Source: Psammoneis japonica (Eukaryota). Taken from it: DNA of 64,000 bases. Positions within the stretch are counted from its first letter, which is position 1; each line of letters opens with the position of its first letter. The notes under the pieces were generated by a model. It did no database searches and was not told where the DNA came from. It saw only the letters and a program-made list of their open reading frames with translations. Shown in pieces: positions 35,518-48,045 of this stretch. The stretch is from positions 124,001 through 188,000 of the forward strand of contig QPGO01000072.1 in NCBI GenBank assembly GCA_008632985.1, in the 5' to 3' direction. A program made the position numbers and the translations under genes.

Positions 35518-37989
35518 TTAGTCCATCTTTTGATTCTTCTTAAAAAGTAAACCAACGAGCTTCAGGTACTGGTGGTTGAGAAGCGCAAGGATTATATCAA
35601 GCGTGTGATACGTTAGCGCTCCCTGGCTGCACAACACTAGACTTCGTAGAGGCATGTCATTCAACATGCTCTCTGCCATCTTCCGCGAGGCCTTGTTGTT
35701 TTTGTCGCTCTCCATGTGCTTCAGTGCACCTCTCTTTATGAAGAATGCCAACACGGAACCGAAAAGAGAGCGGCTCAGTTCTCCGATAATCGTATTACGA
35801 TGGAAATGGGATACGTTCTGCTCAGGTGCTGGCAAGCTCCCATCCAACATGAGTGCAAATTGCTCGTCCGATACTTCTGCAGGGAAAATAAGGTTGTCTT
35901 GCGGTGGGTGAGACATGCGTGCTTGCAAACTCGGCCGCTTTCCCGATAGATCTAGGCTGTGACGCGTACGAATGTCTCGACTGGATGATCCCACACGGAT
36001 TTCATACGCGCCGCTCTCAACAACCCATCCCGCTGCACCAACGTCATAAAACTGAAAGGATTCATTATTGAGAGAGAATACAACGGTCTTTCTCTCGCCC
36101 GGTTTCAAGAACACTTTGTCAAACGCCTTGAGCTCTTGCTCCGGTCTGTACACTTCACTTGAGGAAGAGTGGACATAGCACTGTACCACTTCTGACGCAG
36201 CAAAGCCTCCAGTGTTCTTAATGTCAATTTTGACCTCCACGCGAACTTCGTCGCCCTTGGATTTTTTCGACACTTTCATTTTGTTGTAGTCAAAAGACGA
36301 GTAGGAAAGCCCGTGTCCAAAGGGAAAGAGTACGGGCACTTTGGCCGTGTCAAAGTATCGGTAGTCCACGTTTAATCCCTCGCGATATTGTACCTGCTGG
36401 TTTTCACCAGGGAACCACTTGTGGGAAGCCACATCTTCAAGACGGACAGGAAAGGTCTCCGCAAGCTTACCAGACGGCGACGATACTCCGAAAATCAAAT
36501 CAACCATGGCCGCTCCTGATTCCTGTCCACCAAGGTACCCCTCAATGACCGCTTTGGGACTCTTTACCCATGATTCAATTGTCAGTGGAGGACCATTAGC
36601 GAGGACCACAATTGTGTTGGGATTTGCGCCGCAGACAGCTTGAATCAGGGCGCAATGCTGCGGAGGCATGTCCATGTTCTCTCGATCAAAACCTTCAGAC
36701 TCACAAATGCCCGGTAGACCCGTAAAGATGATGGCCACATCCGATGATTTCGCCGTTTCCGCGGCTTCTTGAAGTAGCTCCTCGTCGACTTCTTCTCCCA
36801 TTTCATCCTGGTGATAGCCCGGTGCAAACGAGTATTCGTTTGTGTGTTCCGATAACTGGTCCCAGGCAGTTTCAAGCTTTGTGGGTTTCACCTGAGAACT
36901 TCCCATACCTTGGTAGCGAGGATTCTTGGCAAAGTCTCCAATGACGGCTACTGAAGTGCCCTTCTTCAAGGGTAGGATCTTGTCGTCATTTTTCAACAGC
37001 ACGGCACAATCCATGGCCGCGCGTTTGGCTAGCTCAGCATGAGCTTCTGCATCAACCTGGCTGGTAGGCTCTCGAGCCTTCTTGTCCAACGCGTCCTTTC
37101 CCATGAGACTGAGACAAATTACGCGTCGAACGACCTCGTTCAGCTGGTCCTCTGACAAGGACCCTGCATTTTCCTGAATCGCATTAACGACATAAGAATC
37201 ATTGCTTCCAAAGCTGCCAGGCATCTCCAAGTCAACACCAGAAGCAATTCCCTTGATTCGATTGTCTGTAGCGCCCCAGTCTGTCATGATGACTCCTTCA
37301 AAGCCCCACTCCTTACGCAGAATCTGGCTCCACAAGACATTGTGTTCGCTGCATAGTGTACCATTGAGCTTGTTATAAGCCGTCATGAGAGTCCAGGGCT
37401 GAGCTTCCTTGATTGCCATCTCAAATCCACGCAAGTAGATCTCTCTAAGCGTTCGTTCGTCTACAATCACATTGACTCGGAACCGGTCAAACTCTTGATT
37501 GTTCACACAGACATGCTTGATACAAGCACCCACTCCCTGCGATTGAACTCCTTTGCAAAAGGCAGCTCCCATGACTCCGGTGAGATAGGGATCAGCCGAA
37601 AAGTATTCAAAGTTTCTGCCACACAACGGACTCCTCTTAATGTTCATACCGGGACCCAACACCACACCAACTTGATTTTGGTACGCTTCTCGTCCAATCG
37701 CTGCTCCAACCTGCTCGACGAGCTGAGCGTTCCAGCTAGAGGCCAGAGCCGATGCCGTGGGAAAGCAGGTTGCCGGAACACGTCCCTCCAATAAATCCAG
37801 AGCAACGCGTTTAATGACACCGTGAGGACCATCCGTGAGCATAATGGGTGGAATATCTGCGATAGGGATCGGCTTGAGATGCCACAAATCTTGACCGGAA
37901 CAGAGAGCCACTTTTTCATTGAGATCAAGCTTAGCTAAAATTTCATTGGCTTCAGCCACTTTGGATTTGATGCCAGCGTATGTTGCCAT
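35518..37989 (-). CDS. GH3 beta-glucosidase with C-terminal Fn3-like domain
   Basis: TDGPHG, PATCFP, GRNFEYFS.DP, KH..NNQE, MTDWG nucleophile motif, SEGFDR, FPFGHGLSY, ELKAF.KV.L.PGE. Confidence 0.93.
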   Translation of the reverse strand: MATYAGIKSKVAEANEILAKLDLNEKVALCSGQDLWHLKPIPIADIPPIMLTDGPHGVIKRVALDLLEGRVPATCFPTASALASSWNAQLVEQVGAAIGREAYQNQVGVVLGPGMNIKRSPLCGRNFEYFSADPYLTGVMGAAFCKGVQSQGVGACIKHVCVNNQEFDRFRVNVIVDERTLREIYLRGFEMAIKEAQPWTLMTAYNKLNGTLCSEHNVLWSQILRKEWGFEGVIMTDWGATDNRIKGIASGVDLEMPGSFGSNDSYVVNAIQENAGSLSEDQLNEVVRRVICLSLMGKDALDKKAREPTSQVDAEAHAELAKRAAMDCAVLLKNDDKILPLKKGTSVAVIGDFAKNPRYQGMGSSQVKPTKLETAWDQLSEHTNEYSFAPGYHQDEMGEEVDEELLQEAAETAKSSDVAIIFTGLPGICESEGFDRENMDMPPQHCALIQAVCGANPNTIVVLANGPPLTIESWVKSPKAVIEGYLGGQESGAAMVDLIFGVSSPSGKLAETFPVRLEDVASHKWFPGENQQVQYREGLNVDYRYFDTAKVPVLFPFGHGLSYSSFDYNKMKVSKKSKGDEVRVEVKIDIKNTGGFAASEVVQCYVHSSSSEVYRPEQELKAFDKVFLKPGERKTVVFSLNNESFQFYDVGAAGWVVESGAYEIRVGSSSRDIRTRHSLDLSGKRPSLQARMSHPPQDNLIFPAEVSDEQFALMLDGSLPAPEQNVSHFHRNTIIGELSRSLFGSVLAFFIKRGALKHMESDKNNKASRKMAESMLNDMPLRSLVLCSQGALTYHTLDIILALLNHQYLKLVGLLFKKNQKMD

Positions 37990-38346
37990 GGCAAGCTGTT
38001 GGTAGCGACTGGGGTTACAGAAAGGTTGTTGGATGCAAGTTGTTGTATGGTTGCTGCTGGGAATGACGACTCGTCTCTCATCTCTCATCGCAAGTGCGTC
38101 CACGTCGACGAGATTTTCGTCGCGACCAGTTTTAACGTCGAATTGATGACATCCAGACATGAGGATTTAAAATGTATTTCTCGGAGGGAGTTTCGGCGAT
38201 CAATTTTACCGTTGAACGGAAAGCTTTTCTACACGGATGCTCAGTATGGTGTTACGTAGTATCGATTCGCTCGAGCTCCCAGATCTTTTCGTTGCCACTT
38301 CCAAACTTTGGAACTTGCCCAACTCATTTCAGTGTATCCTGCGACC

Positions 38347-39130
38347 ATGTCAGTGTTTTTCGACTATCTCTGTGCTCCAATCTGCCTTCACAAGACAACA
38401 AATAAGCTTCGTGCTGAAGTGAATAGGTTGCAAGAAGAAAACGACCGGTTAAAAGGAGAAAATGATCGATTGGAGAGCTCAGTTACAAGGTAATACCCTG
38501 CGATTTTGCAAAAGCATTCCCGTTTATATTTATGCATAGATATCTCTCTCACAAATGTTTCGTAATCAATTGCATAGGCTAAAGGAGGTAGAAGGTCAAC
38601 TTGAAGAGATCAGTATCCTGCAAGGAAAGAGCGTCGACACGTTGGTGGAGCAGGTGAAAGAGTTTAAAAAGATCCAGGCAGACGTCAAGGTGTGTTCAAT
38701 GGCATAGCCTATCTCGATGCCGACAGCTTTCGTTTCATTGAAAGTGTGTAACCAATTTTTTGCGGATCTGCAACGATTTCTTTTTTTCATTGCCATGACT
38801 TAGGAAATCCTTCAAGCCAAGGTGTTGCAAAATCTAATCAGTGTCATAGTAAGCTCAGATACCGACAAGGATTTTGTTATTGACCCCGAGGAGGTTGATA
38901 ATCTCATTCTTCGTTGCAAAAATATGGAAGGAGTGGACTTTTCGGAAGAGAACTTTGCCAAAGCACTAAAGCGTAGTGGCTATGATCCGGAGGAAATAAA
39001 AGTTAGAGAAGGAGGATACGGGGTTGGAGCAGTCATTGAGGTGATGAAAAATCTCATGGATGATAATGTTGCAGAGGAAGATAATATTTTCACCCTAAAG
39101 ACGGATGTTCCTTTGAAGGAAACACAATAG
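38347..39130 (+). CDS. Small 3-exon coiled-coil protein with an EF-hand-like loop
   Basis: LRAEVNRLQEENDRL heptads; GT-AG introns near 38490-38577 and 38690-38803; DTDKDFVIDPEE. Confidence 0.65.
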
Positions 39131-39430
39131 ACATACGACACTTATAAGAGACAAGGGATTTAAGATTGGCAAAGCAGTACCGGTAGCCGTGTAAAGTGTA
39201 AACACGTTAACTACAACTAGAACGAATTTTTCGTGAGATGCACAGATAGCATTCTCATCGATAGATTTACAGTATCTGCGCGACCAACAACGCGGTTACC
39301 TTTACATGATTCTTCAGGGGATTTGTATGACACTTGTATGTATGCGGATAGAGCTAGCACGGACGACAACGGTCAGGAGGAAGTTCTATGGAATGCGAGG
39401 CATAAAATGCAGGGTGTTACTATATGTAGC

Positions 39431-42400
39431 TTAAACACAAAGCTGCTCCTCTCGCTCGATTCGGTCCATCGCCTTCATCGTAGACAAAATCCTGGGATGA
39501 TCGTCAGGGAAATCGAATGACTTGTACACTTCTAAAGCCGACTCAACATATGTCTTCGCGTCATCAAACTTGCATTGTCGAAGGAGAAGGTTCGCCATAT
39601 TGACATGAATGTCAGCAACTGCAGGGCTATCCTTTCCAACTGCAGCTTCAGCCAAAGGAATAGCTTTCTTGTAACACCTCGTAGCTTTGGACATATTTCC
39701 CAACGCCGTGTGAGAACTACCTTGACTTGCCAGCGTCCTTGCAACATCAATGTGGTTCTCTCCAAGTGTTTCTCTCCGAATCGTCAATACATTGTTCAGG
39801 ATCCTGAGAGCTTTCTCGTGCCGTGTGTTTCTCGCGTGAACGGCAGCAATAGAATGAAGGGTCGTGGCGACAAGGGGATGATCGATGCCAAGGAACTTTT
39901 CCCGCATGAAAAAGCATTCCTCGTAAGTTTTCAACGCGTCAGAAAGCTTATCGCTTCGGACCTGGGCTTTACCAATACTGTGAAGGGTTTCTGCAATATC
40001 TGGATGCTCCTCTCCGTAAATGCTCTTCTGGGTTCGCAGGATATCATTCAGTTGCTCCAACGCTGATTCGATTTCGTATCGTTCAGAGGAGATGTTTGCA
40101 ATTTCAAAGCGCGTTCGAAGAGTCGCCGGATGATCCATACCCAACAATGATTTCTGAATTCCCAACGCCTCTTCCAAGGAACTAGCAGCGGAATCATACT
40201 TGAACATCGTAGAGTGAACTGTACCGATGTGACAGAGGGTAGTCGCGACGACCTCGTGCTCATCGCCAACTGCGTCGCGTTGAATGAGGAGTGCTTCCTC
40301 AAATTCTCTGCGCGCTTTGCTGTAATGACCCAAATAGAAGTACACGACTCCTGTCAACACCTGTGATTCCGCCAGCTTGAGCTGATCACAACCAAGTTTT
40401 TGTTGAATAGCCAGAGCCTTCTTATAGTAGTCCAATGCCTCTAAGAAATGACCTGTTCGGCAAGCCAGGGTACCAAGACTCTGAAGGGTATGAGCAACTT
40501 CTTCCTGCTCGTCTGCCCCTCCCGCACCGTTGATCAACTGAAGCTTCTCCTCGAAGAATGCAACTGCCATTCGGTACGATCCAACTGATTCATGAGCCTT
40601 GCCAATTTTGTCCAACATGCCAGACTGCATAAATTCACTGCAACCATCTGCGTTAGATCGAATCGTCGACAAACTGTTACGCTCCTTATAGTAAACTGCA
40701 CCAATGCAAATCAATGTCTGCGCAACCAGGGGATTCCCAATGTCGTTGCCATAGTGGGCAGTGACGAGCTCCAGAGCCTTTCTGTGGTGCTCCACGGCTT
40801 GGTCAAAATCTCCCTTTCTAACCAGAAGCGTTCCGATACTATTCAACGTCTTCGCGTTTTCCGGGCGGTCATCGCCAAAAACAACATCTTCGATTCTGCC
40901 CGCTTCCTGGTAGTACTGCAAAGCGGACTCATAGTCTTTCTTTCGTGCGAATTTCTCGGCGAGAACATGGCAGGAACGCGCGACGTCCTCGTGATCTCCG
41001 AGTTCTGATTTCTGAATACGAAACGCGTCGAGTAGTGTAGTGTTGTTGACCTTTGCGACAGCGACAAGTTCAGCTGGGACATCTTGGCGCTTGGGCTCCC
41101 GGAACACCAAAATTTCATCAACCGAAGGATTTTCTGCCGAAGTTGGTGACATGGGGGCGTCATGATGCTTTTTCTTGCGAGGAGAAGGTGTGCGAGTTTC
41201 TTTTTCTTCGGTCGAGCTTACATCGTCCACAGCATCGTCATCTTTAGCGACGTCCGTGTTCACAACTTCAATGAAAGGCGCGGCGCTATCCGTGTCCTTC
41301 ATTTCGCAATGAACCACGTTGACGTTTCCCAAGAGGTAATCAAAGTCTCTTGCGTGCCCTCGCCGTACAGCGCAATGCGTCGAAACCGCAGCGGAGTCTT
41401 GTTTACTTTCAGCCAAAATACTTTTATCCTCGTTCTGCTGAAACGATGACTTGACGGCCCCAACAGCTCTGTGCGACACCATGTCAGAATCGTTGGAGTT
41501 CAGTCGCTCAACTCCGACCGAGTGACCTACCGACCTCTCAGATGTTTCGCCCAACTTTTGCATGTGGTGAATGGAAGATGCAGAGAGGAAGTTTTCGGCT
41601 ACAGCAACTGCCTTCTGGACGTATTCTGACTGAAACCAGCCATCCAACCCTTCGCTCGCACCGCCCCACCACCAACCTCCGCTTTGTACGCTTCTCCTTG
41701 AGACGAAGTCCTCTGGTGTAAACGTAATCTGTGAGACAGAATCATCACTGGATATAGAGACATAGCGAACTGGAGCTGTTGTGGGCTTTTCACGAACTCT
41801 CTCCTCGCGTATCCTAGGAGCACCCTCTCTGTGTTCTGGCATAGAATCCAGCGGTGCATTGTGGGACCCGCGTCGAAATCGCTTGGACAAAGCCTTGGTG
41901 AATCGAAGTCGAGGGGATGCTTTTGACCCCTTAAAAGGCGAATCATGAGGATCTTTTCCAGGAGAGGCATGGCGACCTTTTCCCGGCGTTCTCGGAGACG
42001 TGGCTTGCTTTTGTAGCGACGTAGAGGTAAGTCCCGAACTTGAGGAACGCGATTTCCTGCGATCGCGAGGAGGAATGCGATTTGATTTGACAGAACAATT
42101 CTCATCCTGTTCACTACCGCTGGTTGGGGTTTGGCTTCTTTCCCCATCATCAAAGGACATAGCCTTGGTGCTCTTGCGATTCTTGATGCCTTCATTGGCA
42201 GTTGAAGAGCCTTCGCGGCGACTTGGGTGGATCTCAGGAGAGGCACAAGATATACGTCGCGAGTTCTCACCGGTGTTGACCTTATCGCCCTCATCGTGCG
42301 ACGTACACGCCTCAGAAGCGCTATCAAAGAGAGCCCTATTAACATTCTTGCTTTCGTTGCTGGCACTGGATGAACACCTACGGAGATTTGAGTGTATCTC

Positions 42401-44644
42401 AGATGAGCCACTGTGCACACGTCGGAGCTTTTCGACCTCCTCACTCCTGTCTTCGTCATTCTCTTCATCGTTTCCACCAGACGCGTTCTGAAAGACAACG
42501 TATTCAGATTCAAATTCGGACCCCACTTTAGGTAGAGGTCTGACTTCTGGAAAAACTTTGCCGTCCGTCTCCACGACGTCGGATCCTCGGTCACTGTTGT
42601 CGTCGCAATTGTCCGTCGCGTCTGTTCTGGGCGTCAACGGAACACCAACAGAACTAGTTGGGTCTTCATAATGGTCGTTTTCAGTCTCAGAGGGCACGGT
42701 AAGTAGCGCTTGCGAAAGCGAATCGATGGGAATAATTTCATCATCGTCATGTGCATCGTACATGTCACGCTGATTCACCGGGACACCATTCTTTTCGTCA
42801 ATGGGTGATGTCTCGGTAGAGTCTCTGGTTCTTTCAACGGAAGATATTGTCACCTCGGTAGCACCTGTAAGATCGATTGTACCAACAAAGAAGTGCTTGG
42901 TAAAAGAATGATAATAATGACAAACCGATATGATTGGCGGTAGCGTAACTTACCAGACTTGGTCGATTCCACAAGGACACTGGGCTGGTCTTGCTCCGGA
43001 ACGGAAGACATGGCGTGCACATAATCCTCCTTAGTTGCATCCCAGACTAGCGGCATGTCGTCGGATGTCTCAGACGCTGACTGAAGAACCAGAGTCTCCT
43101 TTTCAAGCAATTTCTTAGCGAGATCAATCTTTTTTCGAATAGCACGTGCCTGCGGGTCACTCGACAACATCCCATTGGACTTCAGAATCCGGAGCGACAT
43201 TCGGAAGCACTGACAAGCCGTATGGTACGACTCTTTCATCATGTAACTTGTCCCAACAAGTCGTATAGATGCGCAACATCGACGTGGTGTTCACCCGTCA
43301 AGGCACGTTGTGATGTCAACGCCTCTTGGTAGGCATGAATGGCGTCATCGTATTCTCCATTGTTCACATACAGGTCTGCCATGCGGCATAAAACTTCCTT
43401 CACCTGCGACATGTAAGCGGCATCAACATCAACGACCGCCTTTCGAAATATGCGAAGGCTCTCTTCGTACAGATCTAGTGCACCGACCCAGTTGTCTTGC
43501 AACGCCATGACAGCAGCTACTGTGCGGAGCGAGTGCGCTACATCAACGTGATCTTCCCCCAAATTTTCAGCACGTAGCATCAGCACGTGTTCATAGCAGT
43601 CCAAGGCACCGTCAAGGTTCCCTTGTCGCTCGTGGATGATACCCATGTTGTTCATGGCAGCAAGCACGTCAGGATGTGCTGCATCATTATCCAAGGCTAG
43701 CCGAATATCCATTGATTTCTGGAGAGCCTCAATAGCATTGTCGTACTCGGCGACCTCAAAATACAAGCCCGCCATACTCATAAGCACAGTCGCCATTCTT
43801 TTTTGAACATCAACATCATTCGGGTGTTCATGGTGCTGGCATTTGAGAATTTCCATGGCTTCATCAAAGGAGGTCAGTGCATCATCGTGGTGACCCCGTC
43901 TGGCGTTGAGGTTTCCCAATTCCTTTAGCGACATGGAAAGCATAATACCTCGCTGTGAGTCATTCATTCCAACAAAGGCGACATTCCCGCCGTCCTGATC
44001 AAAATTGCCGCTCGCAACGTGTCGACTGGAATCTGTTTCATCAAAGCTCTGGTCGAGTCCCAGCATGAGCGACACAACGTTTTCGTGACAATCAATCGCG
44101 GCCGTTATTTCTTCCAAATACCTGGCATGAATTCCAGCTCGGCTCTGTAATGTCTCTGCAAGCATTTGTTCCAAGCACACCTCACGCGCAGCCGCATCGT
44201 CGTTCTGTCTATTACTACTTGTCTCTGGCTCTGCTCGTAAGGACCGCATACAATTTCGATAGAGTTCTTCTCCTTCCTGAAAACACCGCACCGCTTGCTC
44301 ATACCGTCTACAACGCTTATATACAAGTCCCATGTTATGCAGTGTCGCCGCAGAATTGCACTCGTCGACAATGCATTCAAGTTTGAGGTTGTTGTGCTCT
44401 CCGCGTGTCGTCTGTAAATGTCAAGGGCTTCTCGATATGCAGCAAGCGCGTCTTGGTAGCGCTGCGCCTTCCAGTACCGAGAGGCTCGCCGAGAATATTC
44501 AGACGCCAACGAAAGCAAATCGGACGCTAGCGATACGTGGTCCTGTTGGCGTTGTCGTTGTCGTATGCGAGGTCGATCGAGAGACGACACGGAGCAATCT
44601 GAATTCAGCATCCTGCTCGGACGCACAGAGACATCTCCCGACAT
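39431..44644 (-). CDS. Large TPR (kinesin light chain/nephrocystin-3-like) protein split across 4 ORFs by apparent frameshifts
   Basis: Many 42-aa TPRs (G.DHP.VA.TL..IG.V) in both terminal regions; abutting ORFs change frame near 44390, 43243 and ~42900. Confidence 0.8.
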
Positions 44645-45325
44645 TATTATTTACTACAAACTCAGCTTTTTTGATTTTCACTCGGCTCTTTTTTGTACAG
44701 TCAATGCCTTCACCGTGCTATTGTTGTTTTGATTTGAAGTTACGCGATAGACTATGCTTTGTTGTTGTTTGTCAACAACACTGCTGCTCATTGAATGGAG
44801 TAGTTTCGGTTGGCGATATTAGCAAATCAAACGCAGGTCTGTGTTGGCACGAGAGCGATGAGTATCAGAAAATGGGTACAAAACGAGCGATAGTGCGCAT
44901 AATTATTTCGATTCCCGCATAGGGACCATTTGAAAATACTACAGGTTTGAATAAATTCGAAATAAGGGATTAAACAGCAGAAAAATTGATCCCGAACACG
45001 TTCAACGGAAACTATATTATTTGTCAACAAATATTTGTATAAAAATTTGTAACGTATTAACTTTGATTGCTATTCATATTAGGCAGCCTTGCTTTTTCAC
45101 CACATTCTCATGCGCGCGATGCGTGCATGATGCGATGCATGCATGCGATCGATGCAATGCGATGCACTCACATTCGCAACGACTTCTAACACCCTACTAC
45201 TAGTAGGGCCCTACTGTACTCTATCGTAGCGCTTATCCTCCCACCCGCCGCATACGTGGGGCAAACACCCAACAAGTAAGATTACAAGACTGCATGCATT
45301 GTGTATGCTTTTTTAAAAAATATGT

Positions 45326-47749
45326 CTATTCACCCTTTGACCACCACCGTGATTTTTCCTCATCTCGTGGAGTTTCCACCATTCCATGAATTGGTTGTTT
45401 TGGTCTACCACCGGAAAGGATCGATGTAGCTCCCCGACTCCCTCCCTCCGTATTGATGACTGGACGTTTCGGTTTGACGCCCTTCTTCACCAAGTTCCGA
45501 ACCTCGTCACCTGTGAGAGTCTCGTATTCCAACAGCGTCTCTGCCAAGAGGTGATGTTGTTTGGAATACTTTTTCAACAAATTCGTCGCTCGTTCATAGG
45601 ACTGATCCGTCAATCTCTTGACTTCATCGTCGATTCTGGAACGAGTGCTTCCCGACGCACTCTCTTCGCCCGTTTCTCCACCGTAGTAGACCTTGCCGAT
45701 TTCGTCAGAGAAACCGAATTTCGTTACCATGTTGCGCGCAATCTTTGTCGCGTTTGCCAAATCACTCATGGCACCCGATGTTACCTCGTCCTTTCCAAAT
45801 ATCAACTCTTCCGCAACTCGACCGCCCATTGCGACATCCATAAAGGCCAGCATCTCTTTCAGAGATTGGGAAGTCTGGTCTCCCTCTGGTAGCATTGTAA
45901 CCATACCGAGCGAACTTCCGCGGGGCATGATGGTTGCCTTGTGAATAGGGTTTGCGCCATCCGTCAAGCATGCTACGAGTGCATGACCTGCCTCGTGGTA
46001 GGCTGTGCATCTGGCGGTTTTGGCCGTAATAACGGCCGTCTTGCGTTCAGCTCCCATGAGAATCTTGTCCTTTGCAAACTCTAGAACCGACATGGTGATA
46101 CTACTGAGACCGTCCACACTTGCCTTGAGAGCGGCTTGGTTCATGAGATTGAACAAATCAGCACCCGAAAAGCCAGTGGTGCCCCTAGCCAAAATATTGA
46201 GATCGACATCCTTGGACAGCTTCGTCCGTTTAGCATACATTTCCAAAATCTCTTTCCGTCCACCCACATCAGGAAGCGGCACTGTGACGTGCTTGTCGAA
46301 ACGTCCAGGTCGCAAAAGCGCCGAGTCCAAGCTCTCCATAAAGTTGGTGGCTCCAATAACAATAATACCATTATTCTCGTCAAATCCATCCAGCTGAACC
46401 AACAATTCATTCAAGGTCATCTTGAGAGCACTCTGGTCCTTCAACTTTCGAGTACCGCCAACAGCATCAATCTCATCGATAAAAATAATAGCAGGAGCCT
46501 TCTTCTTGGCAGCCTCAAACAACTCTCGAACACGCTTGGCTCCCAATCCGACATAGACTTCCTCAAACTGACTCCCCGAACTGAAAAAGAAAGGTACGCC
46601 GGCTTCTCCAGCAATTGCCTTGGCCAATAGAGTCTTTCCTGAAAAAATGGAAATGGTGGATACGGATAAGTGTCAGAGCTGACATGAAACTCGACTCACC
46701 CGCATTCCCACAGATTCAGAAATCAACATACCTGTTCCGGGAGGTCCAGTCAACAAAAGTCCACGAGGAAGCTTTCCACCCAATCTCGTGAATTTGCTCG
46801 GATCTTTCAGATACAAGACAATCTCTTCCAATTCCGCCTTGGCTTCTTCGACGCCCTTGACGTCTTCAAATCGCACCGTCGTACCCTCGGCTTCCTGCAC
46901 ATGTTTGGAATTGTTCATTCCCATGGCACGACCGACACCCTTTTCATCCACAAGCGCCGTCAATCCACTCACCACGACAAAGGCCACAAAGACATGGGTC
47001 GCCATGCGCAACAAAGCAGCCCTGGTATTGTTGGGTGCCTTGATTTGAACAAAAAGCGGATTCTTGGGATCCGTACCGCGAGAACCAAAGGGCGATGCTC
47101 CAATGGCTCCTGCAAGCGGAGCCAACGACCCACCACTGATACCAAGAGCACCACCACCACTTAGCACATTCATAACAGACGCTACTTGTTTTGATTTAGA
47201 AAGCTTTTTCGTTTCAGTGGAAAGTTCCGACAGAGCCCTTGCGGTATCAGGCGACGAAGAAAGACGCTTGATGAATTGATCCATCTGAAATCCACTGTAC
47301 AGCTGAGACGCTTGCATAGCTTGCAGATACATCAAGGCCACACGTTCGTCCATGGCATATTCTGGCTGCTGGAATCGTTCCACAGCCACAGACGGATGAC
47401 GACGAGCCAGTTCCGAAACAAATTCATACTGATGCTCAACCGAGGTGGGGTTTTCGTTCGCGGCCCATTCCAATTTTTTCAACTGATAATCCGAAAAGCG
47501 GTCTTTTAATGCCGATGTTATAATGGTACGATTGGTGGGGAACACGAGATTGTAATTGAGTTTCCTTGACGAACGTGCCAAGTGAGCCTCACGGAGCTTT
47601 GTAAAGTCCTGAATGAGTCAAATTCCGACGAGCACGTACAAGTGAGTACAAATTCTACGTAGAAACGAGTGAGTCAAGTGAGAAAGAAAAAAAGAGAATC
47701 GGAAACGTACATGATAACGCAGCTGTCCGGCATGAAGCTGGCTCCTCAT
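45326..47749 (-). CDS. YME1: Mitochondrial i-AAA metalloprotease FtsH4/YME1; introns 46639-46731 and probably 47609-47710
   Basis: GPPGTG|KT Walker A across the intron, [25 protein letters not shown] zinc motif. Confidence 0.93.
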
Positions 47750-48045
47750 CTTGATAGATATACTTTACGCGCTCTTGTGTCTCAAACAATGCAAGAGGGT
47801 GTATAGCGAGAGGGAGAAGTTACAGTTTGTGGCAACAGGTTGCGCCGCTTCTCCTCTCGTGGGGTGTTGTCTGTGTTGTTCTTGGAGAAGGCTTTGGAAA
47901 AACAGCATGCACGACAAACACGCGCGTTCGTGCGTGGATGACGGACAGAGGCGAGGCTAGAGGGGATGAGAAATCCCCGCCCTCTAGCCCCCCCCCCTGG
48001 TCTGCCTGCTCCCTCTTCCCCCATTTTAACTGAGGCACACCATAC

